Shown here piece after piece: positions 49,724-61,945 of a DNA stretch of 64,000 nt (the stretch's first letter is position 1; every line of letters starts with the position of its first letter). The notes beneath the pieces were generated by a model. The model had not been told where the DNA came from, ran no database searches, and saw nothing but the letters and a program-made list of their open reading frames with translations. The stretch covers positions 75,454,001 through 75,518,000 of the forward strand of contig NC_043004.1 in NCBI RefSeq assembly GCF_006345805.1. Direction: 5' to 3'. The DNA is from Octopus sinensis (lineage: Eukaryota). The position numbers were made by a program, and so were the translations under genes.

Positions 49724-50493
49724 CTGCAAAAAGGTAGATTGGAAGATGAAAGAAAATAATTGCAGATTAATAAATGTAGTGAGAGCATTGATGAGTATAA
49801 CTGAGGTTTGGTCAAGAGCCCCAGGACTGATAAGGTCAAAGGTTAAACCAAATTCCATGGGTTAACTTTTGGCCAACCATCCCCAGTGAACAGAACACTG
49901 CCCCTCTGCTTCTACTTCTCTCTCTTCTCTTCCCACGTGACCGACATTTGGCCAAGCCTGTTCTTTCTTTCTTGGTCTGGCCGTTGTCCATGCAACACCG
50001 ATATTCTTCCCTGTGTTTGTGAAATCTTGTATCTCAGCAGTAAGGCTTCATTTCCACACATGCCAGCTTAATTCAATTTGTTCTTAGTCGAAAGATACCT
50101 GTTGTTATTTTTATTGTATTTGTATTTGTGTAACATTGTCCGTTTTTTTCCGTCCTTGTTTTTGTATACATTCACTGCTTTCTTCCAAGGAATCTAATGC
50201 TCTTAGCTTAGTTTTTCCTGGGGGCTGGCCAGATTGGAGCAATCTCAAGTATAATCAGCCAAAATTGTGAGGATAATCTATTGCTTGACTAAGGAAAGAA
50301 AACTTCGAATGACCTGTCTTTGTTTTCTTTGTATCGTCTATCTGGATGTTTTGTTTCCCATGTTTGTATCACCTAACTGTCCGGATGTTTTGCATTCTTG
50401 TCCCATTTTGTATTTTATATATATATAAAATTAACAGACTGCGATAAAAAATCTAAAGCTGTGACTAGTTTTCAGAACATTTATAAAGAGAAT

Positions 50494-50541
50494 GTCTTAC
50501 AGCTGTTTCCGGGATTTTTTATATATCCCTTCATCAGAGAC
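50494..50541 (-). ncRNA. Minimal type I hammerhead ribozyme motif
   Basis: GTCT CTGATGA A GGGAT atataaaaa ATCCC G GAAAC AGCT GT A AGAC. Confidence 0.68.
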
Positions 50542-50816
50542 GGTGCAAGAAAATGTTTAAGTAATAGTTATTATAGAGAAGATATGAAATACAGAGTGAA
50601 GTAGAGGAATGAAAACAGACGTGAGATATGCAGGGATATTGTATCTGCAGTTCCATTATTTAAGCAGAATGATGTACATATAAGTTCCCTGTACCTTGTG
50701 TGTGAGTTCCAATAGTGTTTATAATTAGTTGTTCCAAGCATAGAGTCTTGTAAATGGTGTTATTCAATCAAGGATTTTTTTCCAAAATAACTATTACTTA
50801 AACATTTTCTCGCACT

Positions 50817-50866
50817 GTCTCTGATGAAGGAATATATAAAAAATATCCCAGAAACAGCTGTAAGAC
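50817..50866 (+). ncRNA. Minimal type I hammerhead ribozyme motif
   Basis: GTCT CTGATGA A GGAATA tataaaaaa TATCCC A GAAAC AGCT GT A AGAC. Confidence 0.65.
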
Positions 50867-51063
50867 CTTCTCTTTATAAATGTTGTGAAAATTATTCACA
50901 GCCTTGTATTTTTTATCTCATTCTCTTAATTTTTATATATATATGCATGCTACTACAGCTTAACTATGGTCTGTCCTTAGCGCTTACACACCATCACCAG
51001 ACATCTTTAGGTCTTATTGACAATACCTCTCATACCCTATATATATATAGGGTATGAGAGGTA

Positions 51064-51094
<31 letters not shown>

Positions 51095-51490
51095 TGTGTT
51101 GTGTGTGTTGTGTGTGTGTGTATGTATGTATGAATGTAATATTAGTTTGTATATATATATATATATACATAATATACATATATATACATGTATATATATA
51201 TATATCATCATCATCATCATCGTCGTTTAACGTCCGTTCTCCATGCTAGCATGGGTTGGACGGTTTCGACCGGGGTTCTGGAAGCCAGAAGGCTGCACCA
51301 GGCTCCAGTCTAATTTGGCAATGTTTCTACAGCTGGATGCCCTTCCTAACGCCAACCACTCCGTGAGTGTAGTGGGTGCTTTTTACGTGCCACCTGCACA
51401 GGTGCCAGGCGGGGCTGGCAACGGCCACGGTCAGATTGGTGTATTTTTATGTGCCACCGGCACGGAAGCCAGTCGAGGCGGTGCTGGCAT

Positions 51491-51912
51491 CGGCCACGAG
51501 TCGGATAGTGCTTTTTACGTACCACCAGACCAGGGATCCTGGCTGGTTCAATTCGATTTCGATTTCGCTTGCCCCAACATGTCTTCACAAGCAAAGGGGG
51601 TTGGCAAGGGTGCCTGTCGTACGGTCGCATTGGAGTATTTTACGTGCCACGGCCACGAGTCGGATAGTGCTTTTTACGTACCACCAGACCAGGGATCCTG
51701 GCTGGTTCAATTCGATTTCGATTTCGCTTGCCCCAACATGTCTTCACAAGCAAAGGGGGTTGGCATGGGTGCCTGTCGTACGGTCGCATTGGAGTATTTT
51801 ACGTGCCACGGCCCCGAGTCGGATAGTGCTTTTTACGTACCACCAGGCCAGGGATCCTGGCTGGTTCAATTCGGTTTCGATTTCGATTTCGTTTCGCTTG
51901 CCCCAACATGTC
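51491..51912. repeat. 159-bp tandem repeat, about 2.7 copies, in the RTE 3' UTR
   Basis: CGGCC(A/C)CGAG recurs at 51491, 51650 and 51809. Confidence 0.9.
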
Positions 51913-52316
51913 TTCGCAAGCATGGGGGGTTGGGATGGGTGTCTGTCGTCGGATGAGGTTCTATATCGACTTCGCTTGCCTCAACCGGTCTTGTGTCCAA
52001 GGGAGGAAGGCATTCGTAAGTGGGCTGGGCTCACTTGTCCTGCCTGGTCTCTCACGTACAGAATATTTCCAAAGGTCTCGGTCTCTGGTCATTTCCTCAG
52101 TGAGCCTAAAGTTCGAAGGTCGTGCTTCACACCACTCGTCCCAGGTTTTCCTGGGTCTACCTCTTCCACAGGTTCCCTCAACTGCTAGGGATTGGCACTT
52201 TCTCACACCCTATCTTCATCCATTCTCGCCACATGACCATACCAGCGCAATCGTCTCTCTTGCACACCACAACTGATGCTTCTTAGATACAACATTTCTC
52301 TCAAGGTGCTAACGCT

Positions 52317-54436
52317 CTGTCGAGTATGTACACTGACATTACACAATCCATCGGAGCATACTGGCTTCATTCCTCACGAGCTTACGCATGTCCTCAGCAG
52401 TCACAGCCCATGTTTCGCTGCCATGTAGCATGGCTGTTCGTACACACACAAACCATATACAGTCTGCCTTTTACTCTGAGCGAGAGGCCTTTAGTCCACC
52501 AGCAGAGTAAGAGCTGTCGAGTATGTACACTGACATTACACATCCATCGGAGCATACTGGCTTCATTCCTCACGAGCTTACGCATGTCCTCAGCAGTCAC
52601 AGCCCATGTTTCGCTGCGAGCCATGTAGCATGGCTGTTCGTACACACGCATCATACAGTCTGCCTTTTACTCTGAGCGAGAGGCCTTTAGTCACCAGCAG
52701 AGGTAAGAGCTGTCGAGTATGTACACTGACATTACACATCCATCGGAGCATACTGGCTTCATTCCTCACGAGCTTACGCATGTCCTCAGCAGTCACAGCC
52801 CATGTTTCGCTGCCATGTAGCATGGCTGTTCGTACACACGCATCATACAGTCTGCCTTTTACTCTGAGCGAGAGGCCTTTAGTCACCAGCAGAGGTAAGA
52901 GCTGTCGAGTATGTACACTGACATTACACATCCATCGGAGCATACTGGCTTCATTCCTCACGAGCTTACGCATGTCCTCAGCAGTCACAGCCCATGTTTC
53001 GCTGCCATGTAGCATGGCTGTTCGTACACACGCATCATACAGTCTGCCTTTTACTCTGAGCGAGAGGCCTTTAGTCACACAGCAGAGGTAAGAGCTGTCG
53101 AGTATGTACACTGACATTACACATCCATCGGAGCATACTGGCTTCATTCCTCACGAGCTTACGCATGTCCTCAGCAGTCACAGCCCATGTTCGCTGCCAT
53201 GTAGCATGGCTGTTCTACACAACGCATCATACAGTCTGCCTTTTACTCTGAGCGAGAGGCCTTTAGTCACCAGCAGAGGTAAGAGCTGTCGAGTATGTAC
53301 ACTGACATTACACATCCATCGGAGCTACTGGCTTCATCCTCACGAGCTTACGCATGTCCTCAGCTCAGTCACAGCCCATGTTTCGCTGCCATGTAGCATG
53401 GCTGTTCGTACACACGCATCATACAGTCTGCCTTTTACTCTGAGCGAGCGAGAGGCCTTTAGTCACCATCAGAGGTAAGAGCTGTCGAGTATGTACACTG
53501 ACATTACACATCCATCGGAGCATACTGGCTTCATTCCTCACGAGCTTACGCATGTCCTCAGCAGTCACAGCCCATGTTTCGCTGCCATGTAGCATGGCTG
53601 TTCGTACACACGCATCATACAGTCTGCCTTTTACTCTGAGCGAGAGGCCTTTAGTCACCAGCAGAGGTAGAGCTGTCGAGTATGTACACTGACATTACAC
53701 ATCCATCGGAGCATACTGGCTTCATTCCTCACGAGCTTACGCATGTCCTCAGCAGTCACAGCCCATGTTTCGCTGCCATGTAGCATGCTGTTCGTACACA
53801 CGCATCATACAGTCTCCTTTTACTCTGAGCGAGAGGCCTTTAGTCACCAGCAGAGGTAAGAGCTGTCGAGTATGTACACTGACATTACACATCCTCGGAG
53901 CATACTGGCTTCATCCTCACGAGCTTACGCATGTCCTCAGCAGTCACAGCCCATGTTTCGCTGCCATGTAGCATGGCTGTTCGTACACACGCATCATACA
54001 GTCTGCCTTTTACTCTGAGCGAGAGGCCTTTAGTCACCAGCAGAGGTAAGAGCTGTCGAGTATGTACACTGACATTACACATCCATCGGAGCATACTGGC
54101 TTCATTCCTCACGAGCTTACGCATGTCCTCAGCAGTCACAGCCCATGTTTCGCTGCCATGTAGCATGGCTGTTCGTACACACGCATCATACAGTCTGCCT
54201 TTTACTCTGAGCGAGAGGCCTTTAGTCACCAGCAGAGGTAAGAGCTGTCGAGTATGTACACTGACATTACCATCCATCGGAGCATACTGGCTTCATTCCT
54301 CACGAGCTTACGCATGTCCTCAGCAGTCACAGCCCATGTTTCGCTGCCATGTAGCATGGCTGTTCGTACACACGCATCATACAGTCTGCCTTTTACTCTG
54401 AGCGAGAGGCCTTTAGTTACCAGCAGAGGTAAGAGC
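52317..54436. repeat. 192-bp tandem array, 11 units, of RTE ORF2 sequence
   Basis: CTGTCGAGTATGTACACTG recurs 11 times at about 192-bp spacing. Each unit is 64 codons. Confidence 0.95.
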
Positions 54437-55516
54437 TCCATATATATATATATAGGTATATGTGTGTGTGTGTGTGCATGGACGTGTGTATCTTTGTGTT
54501 TCTTTGTCTTGACATTCCATGACAATTGCAAATGTGCATTACAATCACAGAAGCAGTTTCCTCCATTTCTTAGTCATTCATGAAAAGATGTCCAGCCATC
54601 AGAAAATAATATTACCTTACTCAGAGAAACAGGTGAAGGTCAGTGACAGGAAGCATATGCTTACAGGCATAGAAAGAGAAAAAAACATCAGCTTCAATGA
54701 ATTCCATCTCTAGTTTCCATGAGAGCAAGGATAAATGGACATTAGAACAATAACAATGATGATGAAGATGATGAGAAACAGGCAAAGCAGGTGGGAATGG
54801 CTTACATCTGGTAAACAGTGATTAACTCTTAAACAAGCTCTTTTCTCTAATCCTTTCCACCATCATTGCAAGTGATATCCACAGGTGTCGCTGTGTGGTA
54901 AGAAGTTTCTAAGAAAGGCGGCAAGCTGGCTGAAATGTTAGCATGCCAGGCGAAATGCGTAATGGTATTTCGTCTGCCGCTATGTTCTGAGTTCAAATTC
55001 TGCCGAGGTCGACTTAGCCTTTCATCCTTTTGGGGTTGATTAAATAAGTACCAGTTAAGCACTGGGGTCATTATAATCGACTTAATCCCTTTGTCTGTCC
55101 TTGTTTTTGTCCCCTCTATGTTTAGCCCACTGTGGGCAATAAAGAAATAAGAAGTTTGCTTCCCAACCACAAGGTTCTGGGTTCAGTCCCACTGCATGGC
55201 ACTTTGGGCAAGTGTCTTCTACTGTAGCCCCGAGCCATCCAAAGCCTTGTCAATGGATTTGGTAAATGGAAACTCAAAGAAGCCTGTAATACACATCTAT
55301 AAATATTTATATTGAGGGCATTACTATACATGAATGCCTCACACTAGGAGGGACTCTTAAAGTCAAAACTACCAAAATAAATAAGCACATAGTACCGAAT
55401 GTGAGGGAATGCAACTCTCGAAGCGAGCCTCTTAAAAACAGAATTCAGCTGCATATCACACCGTTGGCGATTTTGTTTCCTTTGTCTTCCCTTCTCTGGA
55501 TCTTTCCTTCTCCCAT

Positions 55517-55551
55517 GTTTCCGACGAAGAGCTCCGCTCAAAACGTTAAAC
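55517..55551 (+). ncRNA. Degenerate hammerhead motif in a PLE-like remnant
   Basis: GTTT CCGACGA A GAGC TCC GCTC AAAAC GTT AAAC. Stems intact but two core substitutions (expected CTGACGA and GAAAC). Confidence 0.45.
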
Positions 55552-56809
55552 CCTCCTTCTTTCCTTCTTTCCTGAGCATCCAATAATACTATATTTGTTC
55601 CATGTCCTCAAGTTGTTGTGTTTTTCTTGTGCTTTCTTGTTTGGATTAAGCACCATCCGATCGTGGCTGTTTACCAGCCTCGTCTGGCACCTGTGCAGGT
55701 GGCACATAAAAAGCACCCACTACACTCTCGGAATGGTTGGTGTTAGGAAGGGCATCCAGCTATAGAAACACTGCCAGATCAGACTGGGCCTGGCGCAGCC
55801 TTCTGGCTTCCCAGACCCCAGTTGAACCGTCCAACCCATGCTAGCATGGAAAACGGACGTTAAACGATGATGATGATGATGATGATATATATATATATAT
55901 CGATGTGTGTGTGGCTTTGTGCATCTGTTCGTTCCCTACCACTGCTTGGCAACAGGTGTTGGTGTGTTTATATACCCGTAACTTAGTAGTTCAGCAAAAG
56001 AGACTGATAAAATAGGCACCAGGTTAAAAGGAAAAAGTGCTGGGGTCAATTCATTGGACTAAAAATTTTTTGAGGTAATGTCCCAGCATGGCCACAGTCT
56101 AATGGCTGAAACAAGTAAAAGACAGAATATAGAAGGTAAACAACCTGAAGTTTTAAGTGTTGGGTGGGGGTGGGGGTGGGGAAGGGTTCACACTCTGTGA
56201 AGGTCAAGCATCCTTGACTTTTGTATATGACACTCCTCCACCAAATTGGTAAGGTTGTGTTTTGTAAAACCATGACAAAGGAAAGAGGAGGAGGAGGAGG
56301 AGGAGAGAGAGAGAGACTGGTGTGTGTGTGTGTGCATTTCTTAAGTGGTGGGGAGTGGGCTGTATAGGATGGGACAGAGGGCATACAACTAGACAGATTC
56401 GTTGGAGAAAGGAATATTGTAATTACAACTGAATAAACAAAGAGAGATGGAGGAAGAGAAAGAGAGAGTGATAGAGAAAGAAATATAGATAGAGAGAGAG
56501 TGAGAGAGAATGAAAGAGAGAAAGAGAGATAGATAGATAGATAGGTAGATAGTGAGAGAGAGACAAGCAGGCGGACAGACAGACTGTTATGAAACTGCAT
56601 GTCTTTTATAAGTTGCAGTTAAAGTGTGAGTGGTAGTGTAGGTGTATGTGTGTGTGTGATTATGTGTGTATGCATGTGTATGTAAACAGTATATATATAT
56701 GTATGTAGTTATGCATATGTGAATGTAAATAATAATATAAAATATATGCATATATATGCATATATATATATATATGCATATATATATATGCATATATATA
56801 TATATATGC

Positions 56810-56846
<37 letters not shown>

Positions 56847-58188
56847 TATATGCATATATACATATCCTTTTCAATCTTCTACACACACAGACACATATAT
56901 ATGCATAACTTATAAATAAGGGCAAAAGAAAAAACATTTCTATGCCAAATATGCCGAGAATATATTAGTTGTAGATTTATGCACATATATGCATATATAA
57001 GTAGAGGATGTCACTGACAGTAAACAACACGAAATACGAAAACAAAGAAGAACAAACCGCAAACAATGAGAGAAATAAATGGAAAACAGGACAAGTGTGT
57101 GTGTGTAGGTATGTATGAATGTGTGAATGTATGTGTGCGTGTATGAGGTCACAATAAGAATTCATCAAAGACTTGTGAGGTCCAGTATGCCTCATGTCTA
57201 ATATTCCAATGGACTGATTGAATCATGAGAGCACTGGACAATAGGCTTCATAACATCCATTCTGGCCCTCTATGTCCTGTGTTCAATCAAATCCTGCTGT
57301 GGTCATACTTTCCTTTCATCCTGTCATCAGATTCAATAAAATTAAGGGTGACAGATTGATAGAACTGTTAAACTGTGGTATAAAATACCTTGTGGTGTTT
57401 GTTCTGGAGCTTTATATTTTCAATGTTGACCTGCAATGAAACTGGTACCAAGCAGTATTCCTTGTTGCCTTCTGTTTGGACAACACTGATGGCATGGCAA
57501 AGGGAGATTCATCATGAACGTCGAGCCCTAGATCTCTGAGGGCTACTTGCCTAGTTTCCATGGCATACAAGTGACTGGGATCAACACATTTTTTCCTGAA
57601 TAAGATGCCAGTTCATCATCGCAAAGTCATTCATTTACAGCTGGATGGACTGAAGCAATGTGGAATGCAGTGCTTTGGTCATGAACACAACAGACCGCCT
57701 TGTCCAGGAACTGAACTCACAATCTTGTAATCACGAGTGCAACATCCTAACCACAAGGCCATGCCCCTTCACTGGAGAGGGTAAATTAGCCTCATGGGTA
57801 TACTTTACTGGTCTTTCATAAGGAAAACATTGTCCGTGCTTACTGTCTTTCTAGTTGTATGCCTTCCAGGTGCAGATATGTCCATGCTGACAAATGGAAG
57901 CCCTTTCATCAATTGTCAAAAAGAGGATACCATTCTTTATCTTAAAAGAATATAACTATGCTACACCCTTGAAAAAGACTATTACTTCCCCTTCCTCACT
58001 TGGACTTTTTAACACGCACGCGCGTACCAGTTAAAAGCTTTTAGCACCACTGGTTCACTGGTAAGGGCGTCCACACGCTTTGCTTCTTTCAATAAACATT
58101 GGATTGCACCTTATTTATGTCTTTGTTTTTATTCTTTATTATTATTATTATTATTACTATTATATATGTATAACCCACACATGCTTAC

Positions 58189-58400
58189 CAGGAACCAGCA
58201 CCAGTGAAAACCACAAAGTCAGGCGCGCGCACACGCTCACCAGGAACCAGCACCAGTACTTTTCACAAACTTAGATGCACACATGCACAAAACACGGAAA
58301 TTTTAAATTTCATCACTGATAATGGCGAATAAGTGTATGGCACCACTTGGCACCAGCGTTTCGGCATTTCACTGGTATTCTTTTCTATTCTAAACCAGCA
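58189..58400 (-). other. Putative non-coding first exon of CCDC103
   Basis: The CCDC103 ATG sits directly after an acceptor, so an upstream exon is required. This CpG-enriched segment has two strong donors, CTG|GTAAGC (58188) and CTG|GTGAGC (58240). Confidence 0.4.
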
Positions 58401-58405
58401 CTTGA

Positions 58406-58465
58406 AAATCAATGGTGATCGCCAATAGTCCTTTATAAAGGACTATTGGTGATCACCATTGATTT
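58406..58465. promoter_or_regulatory. 60-bp spacerless palindrome containing CCAAT / TTTATAAA / ATTGG
   Basis: Arms 58406-58435 and 58436-58465 are complementary with one mismatch. The regulatory role is inferred. Confidence 0.55.
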
Positions 58466-59000
58466 GGATATTTATCTTATGACCCTGACACTGCATCACC
58501 CCTATTTTCTTATCATGTTCCTGCTTCACCTGATCACTTCATCTCTCATTTTTTTAAAAACAGCAGTAGTTATGTAGCTCCTTTACAGTAAAAAACCTGT
58601 TCTGCTCTGGCCCTTTTTTTTCTCATACGTTACTCCTCTCTGCTCATCTCCCAGGATAAAGTTGCCACTCCATGGGGTTCATAATCTTGCAAGCTGCATG
58701 GTGACTTCACTAGTGTTGCTGGCATGAAAACAAAGCACTGCGTACATGCTGTGAAGTGATTGAGTTTAAGAAGGGCATCAAGTTGTTGAAATCATGCCAA
58801 AGCAGACAATGGAACACAATGCAGTTCATGGGCCTTTAGATCCTGTCAAACCATCTGACCCATGCCAGTCTGAAACAAGGATATTAAATGTGAATACAGC
58901 TGTTTTTTGGTTTTTTTTTTACTTGTTTTGGTCATTTGACTGCAGTCATGCTGGGGCACCACCTTTAGTCAAGCAAATCAACCCCCAGGACTTATTCTTT

Positions 59001-59214
59001 GTAAGCCTAGTATGAGGTCACAATAAGAATTCATCAAAGACTTGCCTAATATTCCAATGGACTGATCGAATCATAAAAGCACTGGACAATAGGCTTCATA
59101 ACATCTATTCTGGCCCTCTATGTCCTGTGTTCAATCAAATCCTGCTGTGGTCATACTTTCCTTTCATCAGATTCAATAAAATTAAGGGTGACAGATTGGT
59201 AGAACTGTTAAACT
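59001..59214 (+). repeat. Local duplicate of 57142-57374 inserted inside a SINE B copy
   Basis: Near-identical sequence with two small deletions relative to the 57.1-kb copy. Confidence 0.85.
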
Positions 59215-60458
59215 ATTTTGCTGAACCACTAAGTTACGAGGACATAAACACACCAGCATCGGTTGTCAAGCAATGTTGGTGGGGGAGGGGGTGAAACACA
59301 TACACACATACATACATACATGCATACATACATATACGACAGGCTTCTTTCAGTTTCCGTCTACCAAATCCACTCACAAGGCTTTGGTCAGCCCGAGGCT
59401 ACAGTAGAGACACTTGCCCAAGAGACACTTGCCCACACAATGGGACTGAACCTGGAACCATGTAGTTGGTAAGCAAACTACTTACTACACAGCCACTCCT
59501 GCACCTGTATATAATATCTTATAATATATTTATTTAAAAACTCTTCAGATGGAAAAAAAGGTTGAAAGTCACCAGTTGAATTTGAACCCACATCTTGATA
59601 TGAATTTGAGCCTCACAGGCAGCCTTCAAATATTCTTTGCATCCATGGGTATTTTAACCAAATTCCTTACATAATAATATGTATAAATTGTAAGACTCAG
59701 CTTGAAAATAACTTATCTCACTTCTCAAAGCATCTACATTTTTCCCAAGACAAAAGAAATAGTTATCTATAATTATCACAAAAACAAATGCTCCACTTCG
59801 TTGTGATTATTGGATTATGTAAAAGTTAACGAATGTTAAATCTGTCACTTAAAAATAAAAATTTTTCACCAAAAAAATCTTTTCTGACTGTTATAGGTGG
59901 CTGAATGAAGTGAAAGACCGAATTTTGACAGCTTATGGCTTAACAACAAAATCGACTACACACACACACATACACACATACAGGTACAAACACATATACA
60001 CATACTTTCATCTACATGTCAAAAACGAATCAAAGGTTCTTCTTGAGCCATTGGTTCATAAGGCTGGTTTCTCAGATTTTGGACAGGATGCCAGTCTGTC
60101 ACAGGATTACTCATTTTTGCCAGCTGAGTGAACTGCTCAAGAACACAACCCGATCCCCAATATAGGAATCGAAACCACAATTTTATGTCTAAGAGAGCAA
60201 CGTCCTAACCACTAAGCCATGCACCTCCATCCCCCACCCACACACACATACATGTATATCATCAACATCATCATCATCATCATTTAACATCTGCTTTCCA
60301 TGCTAGCATGGGTTGGACGATTTGACTGAGGACTGGCGAACCAGATGGCTGCGCCAGGCTCCAATCAGATCTCGCAGAGTTTCTACAGTTGGATGCCCTT
60401 CCTAATGCCAACCACTCTGAGAGTGTAGTGGGTGCTTTTACATGCCACCAGCACGAAA

Positions 60459-60509
<51 letters not shown>

Positions 60510-61908
60510 TACGCACGCGCGCGCACATATTGCCACATAAAACATCCGCCTCCTTCATTCACTCCTAGTTTTTTCACCTTCCCCCAAACAAATTTTCAAC
60601 ATTAACAATTCCCCCTCCCCCAACCGCCACTCTGTTTGCTGGTAACTGCATCACTTATGTCCCTATATTCCCTGCTTCTACCCATCTGTCGCTCACCTCA
60701 CACTCTTGCGGACTTATATAGTCCTCTGCTCCTCCATTCCCATCACCTTCACATTCACCTTCTTGTACCTTGAAGGGAAATCCTGACATACCATCCCCAC
60801 GAGCTTCTTCTCTCCTTTCCCACCTGTTGTAGCCATGCATTTCCTCTACAGCAAAGCACTTGTCTCTATCCTCCTATCACACTCTCATCTCTCAACTCCT
60901 AGCATAAGCCAACTCCCTCAATTATCACATACCACACTACACCCTTCCTCAAGCGAGTGGTCTTGTCGTGTGAGCTTCTTGATGACCTCACTACTGCCGG
61001 TGACATGATAAAGCACTCATTTCATTTTGTAAAGGGATTATCGTTAGGAAGGGCATCCAACCATAGAAACCATGCTGAAACTGATACTGGAGTTTGGCAC
61101 ATTCTTCTCACCTGTCAGATCCTGTCATACCATCTAACCTATGCTTGTCTGCAATACAAATGCTAATTGATGATGATGATGACAACGAAAACAATGATTT
61201 ATATTACAGTGTCTGACAGGGGGATGCTCTCTCGCACCGCCTCTTCAAGTAAAAAAAGCACCCACTGCTCTCAGGGTGGTTGGTGTTACGAAGGGCATCC
61301 AGCTGTAGAAACCTTGCCAGATCAAATTGGAGCCTGGAGTCTGGAGCCTGGAGCAGCCTCCTGCCTTGCCAATCCTCAGTCAAACCATCCAACCCATGCC
61401 TGCATGGAAAGCGGACGTTAAACAATGATGATGATGATGATGATGATGATGACAACAACGATGACGATGACGTTGATGATGATGATGATGGTGATGGTGT
61501 TGATGATGATGATGTAGAAAGCCTCAATAAGGGTGAGGCTTAAGTGCTAGGCTATATTGATGGCTTAGGCTTGATTTTTTAAAGTTTGGCTCCGTTTCCT
61601 CTGCTAGAAATAAATGCAATATGACTGAATGGTGCAATCTCAAGATCTTCAGTTTCATTTAACTGCAGGCCATCATCGAAAAATACAATTTTCTATAGTC
61701 TTGGCCTGACCCATACTCTGTGAGGGAAACTTACTATTATTAAAAGAGTAAGCACTATGGTTCTACGGTAACAAGTTTGCTTCTAAACCACATAATTTTG
61801 AGTTCAGTCCCACTGCATGCCACCTGGGTTGTTTGTCTTCTATTATAGCCCCAGGTCAACCAAAGCATTTTGAGTGGATTTGGTAGACAGGAACTGAAAG
61901 AAGCTTGT

Positions 61909-61945
<37 letters not shown>

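Larger units (their letters stand above)
50425..51040. mobile_element. Penelope-like element 3' end (minus, 50770 to 50425) with an inverted pLTR copy (plus, 50772-51040)
   Basis: Minus frame LCLEQLIINTIGTHTQGTGN resembles the PLE GIY-YIG C-terminus. About 120 bp around the hammerhead is duplicated in inverted orientation. Confidence 0.7.
51206..54438 (-). mobile_element. 5'-truncated RTE LINE with two internal tandem amplifications, inserted in (TA)n
   Basis: ELLPLLVTKG...LHGSETW...RLRWYGHVARM...GRGRPRKTW, then 3' UTR and (GAT)n tail. Confidence 0.9.

Noticed and set aside
50205-50275. Possible relic hammerhead
   Set aside because: Both core boxes would need several substitutions, so it is too degenerate to call.
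52317-54436. CRISPR-like array
   Set aside because: Units are near-identical 192-bp pieces of RTE coding sequence with no unique spacers, and there are no cas genes in this eukaryotic context.
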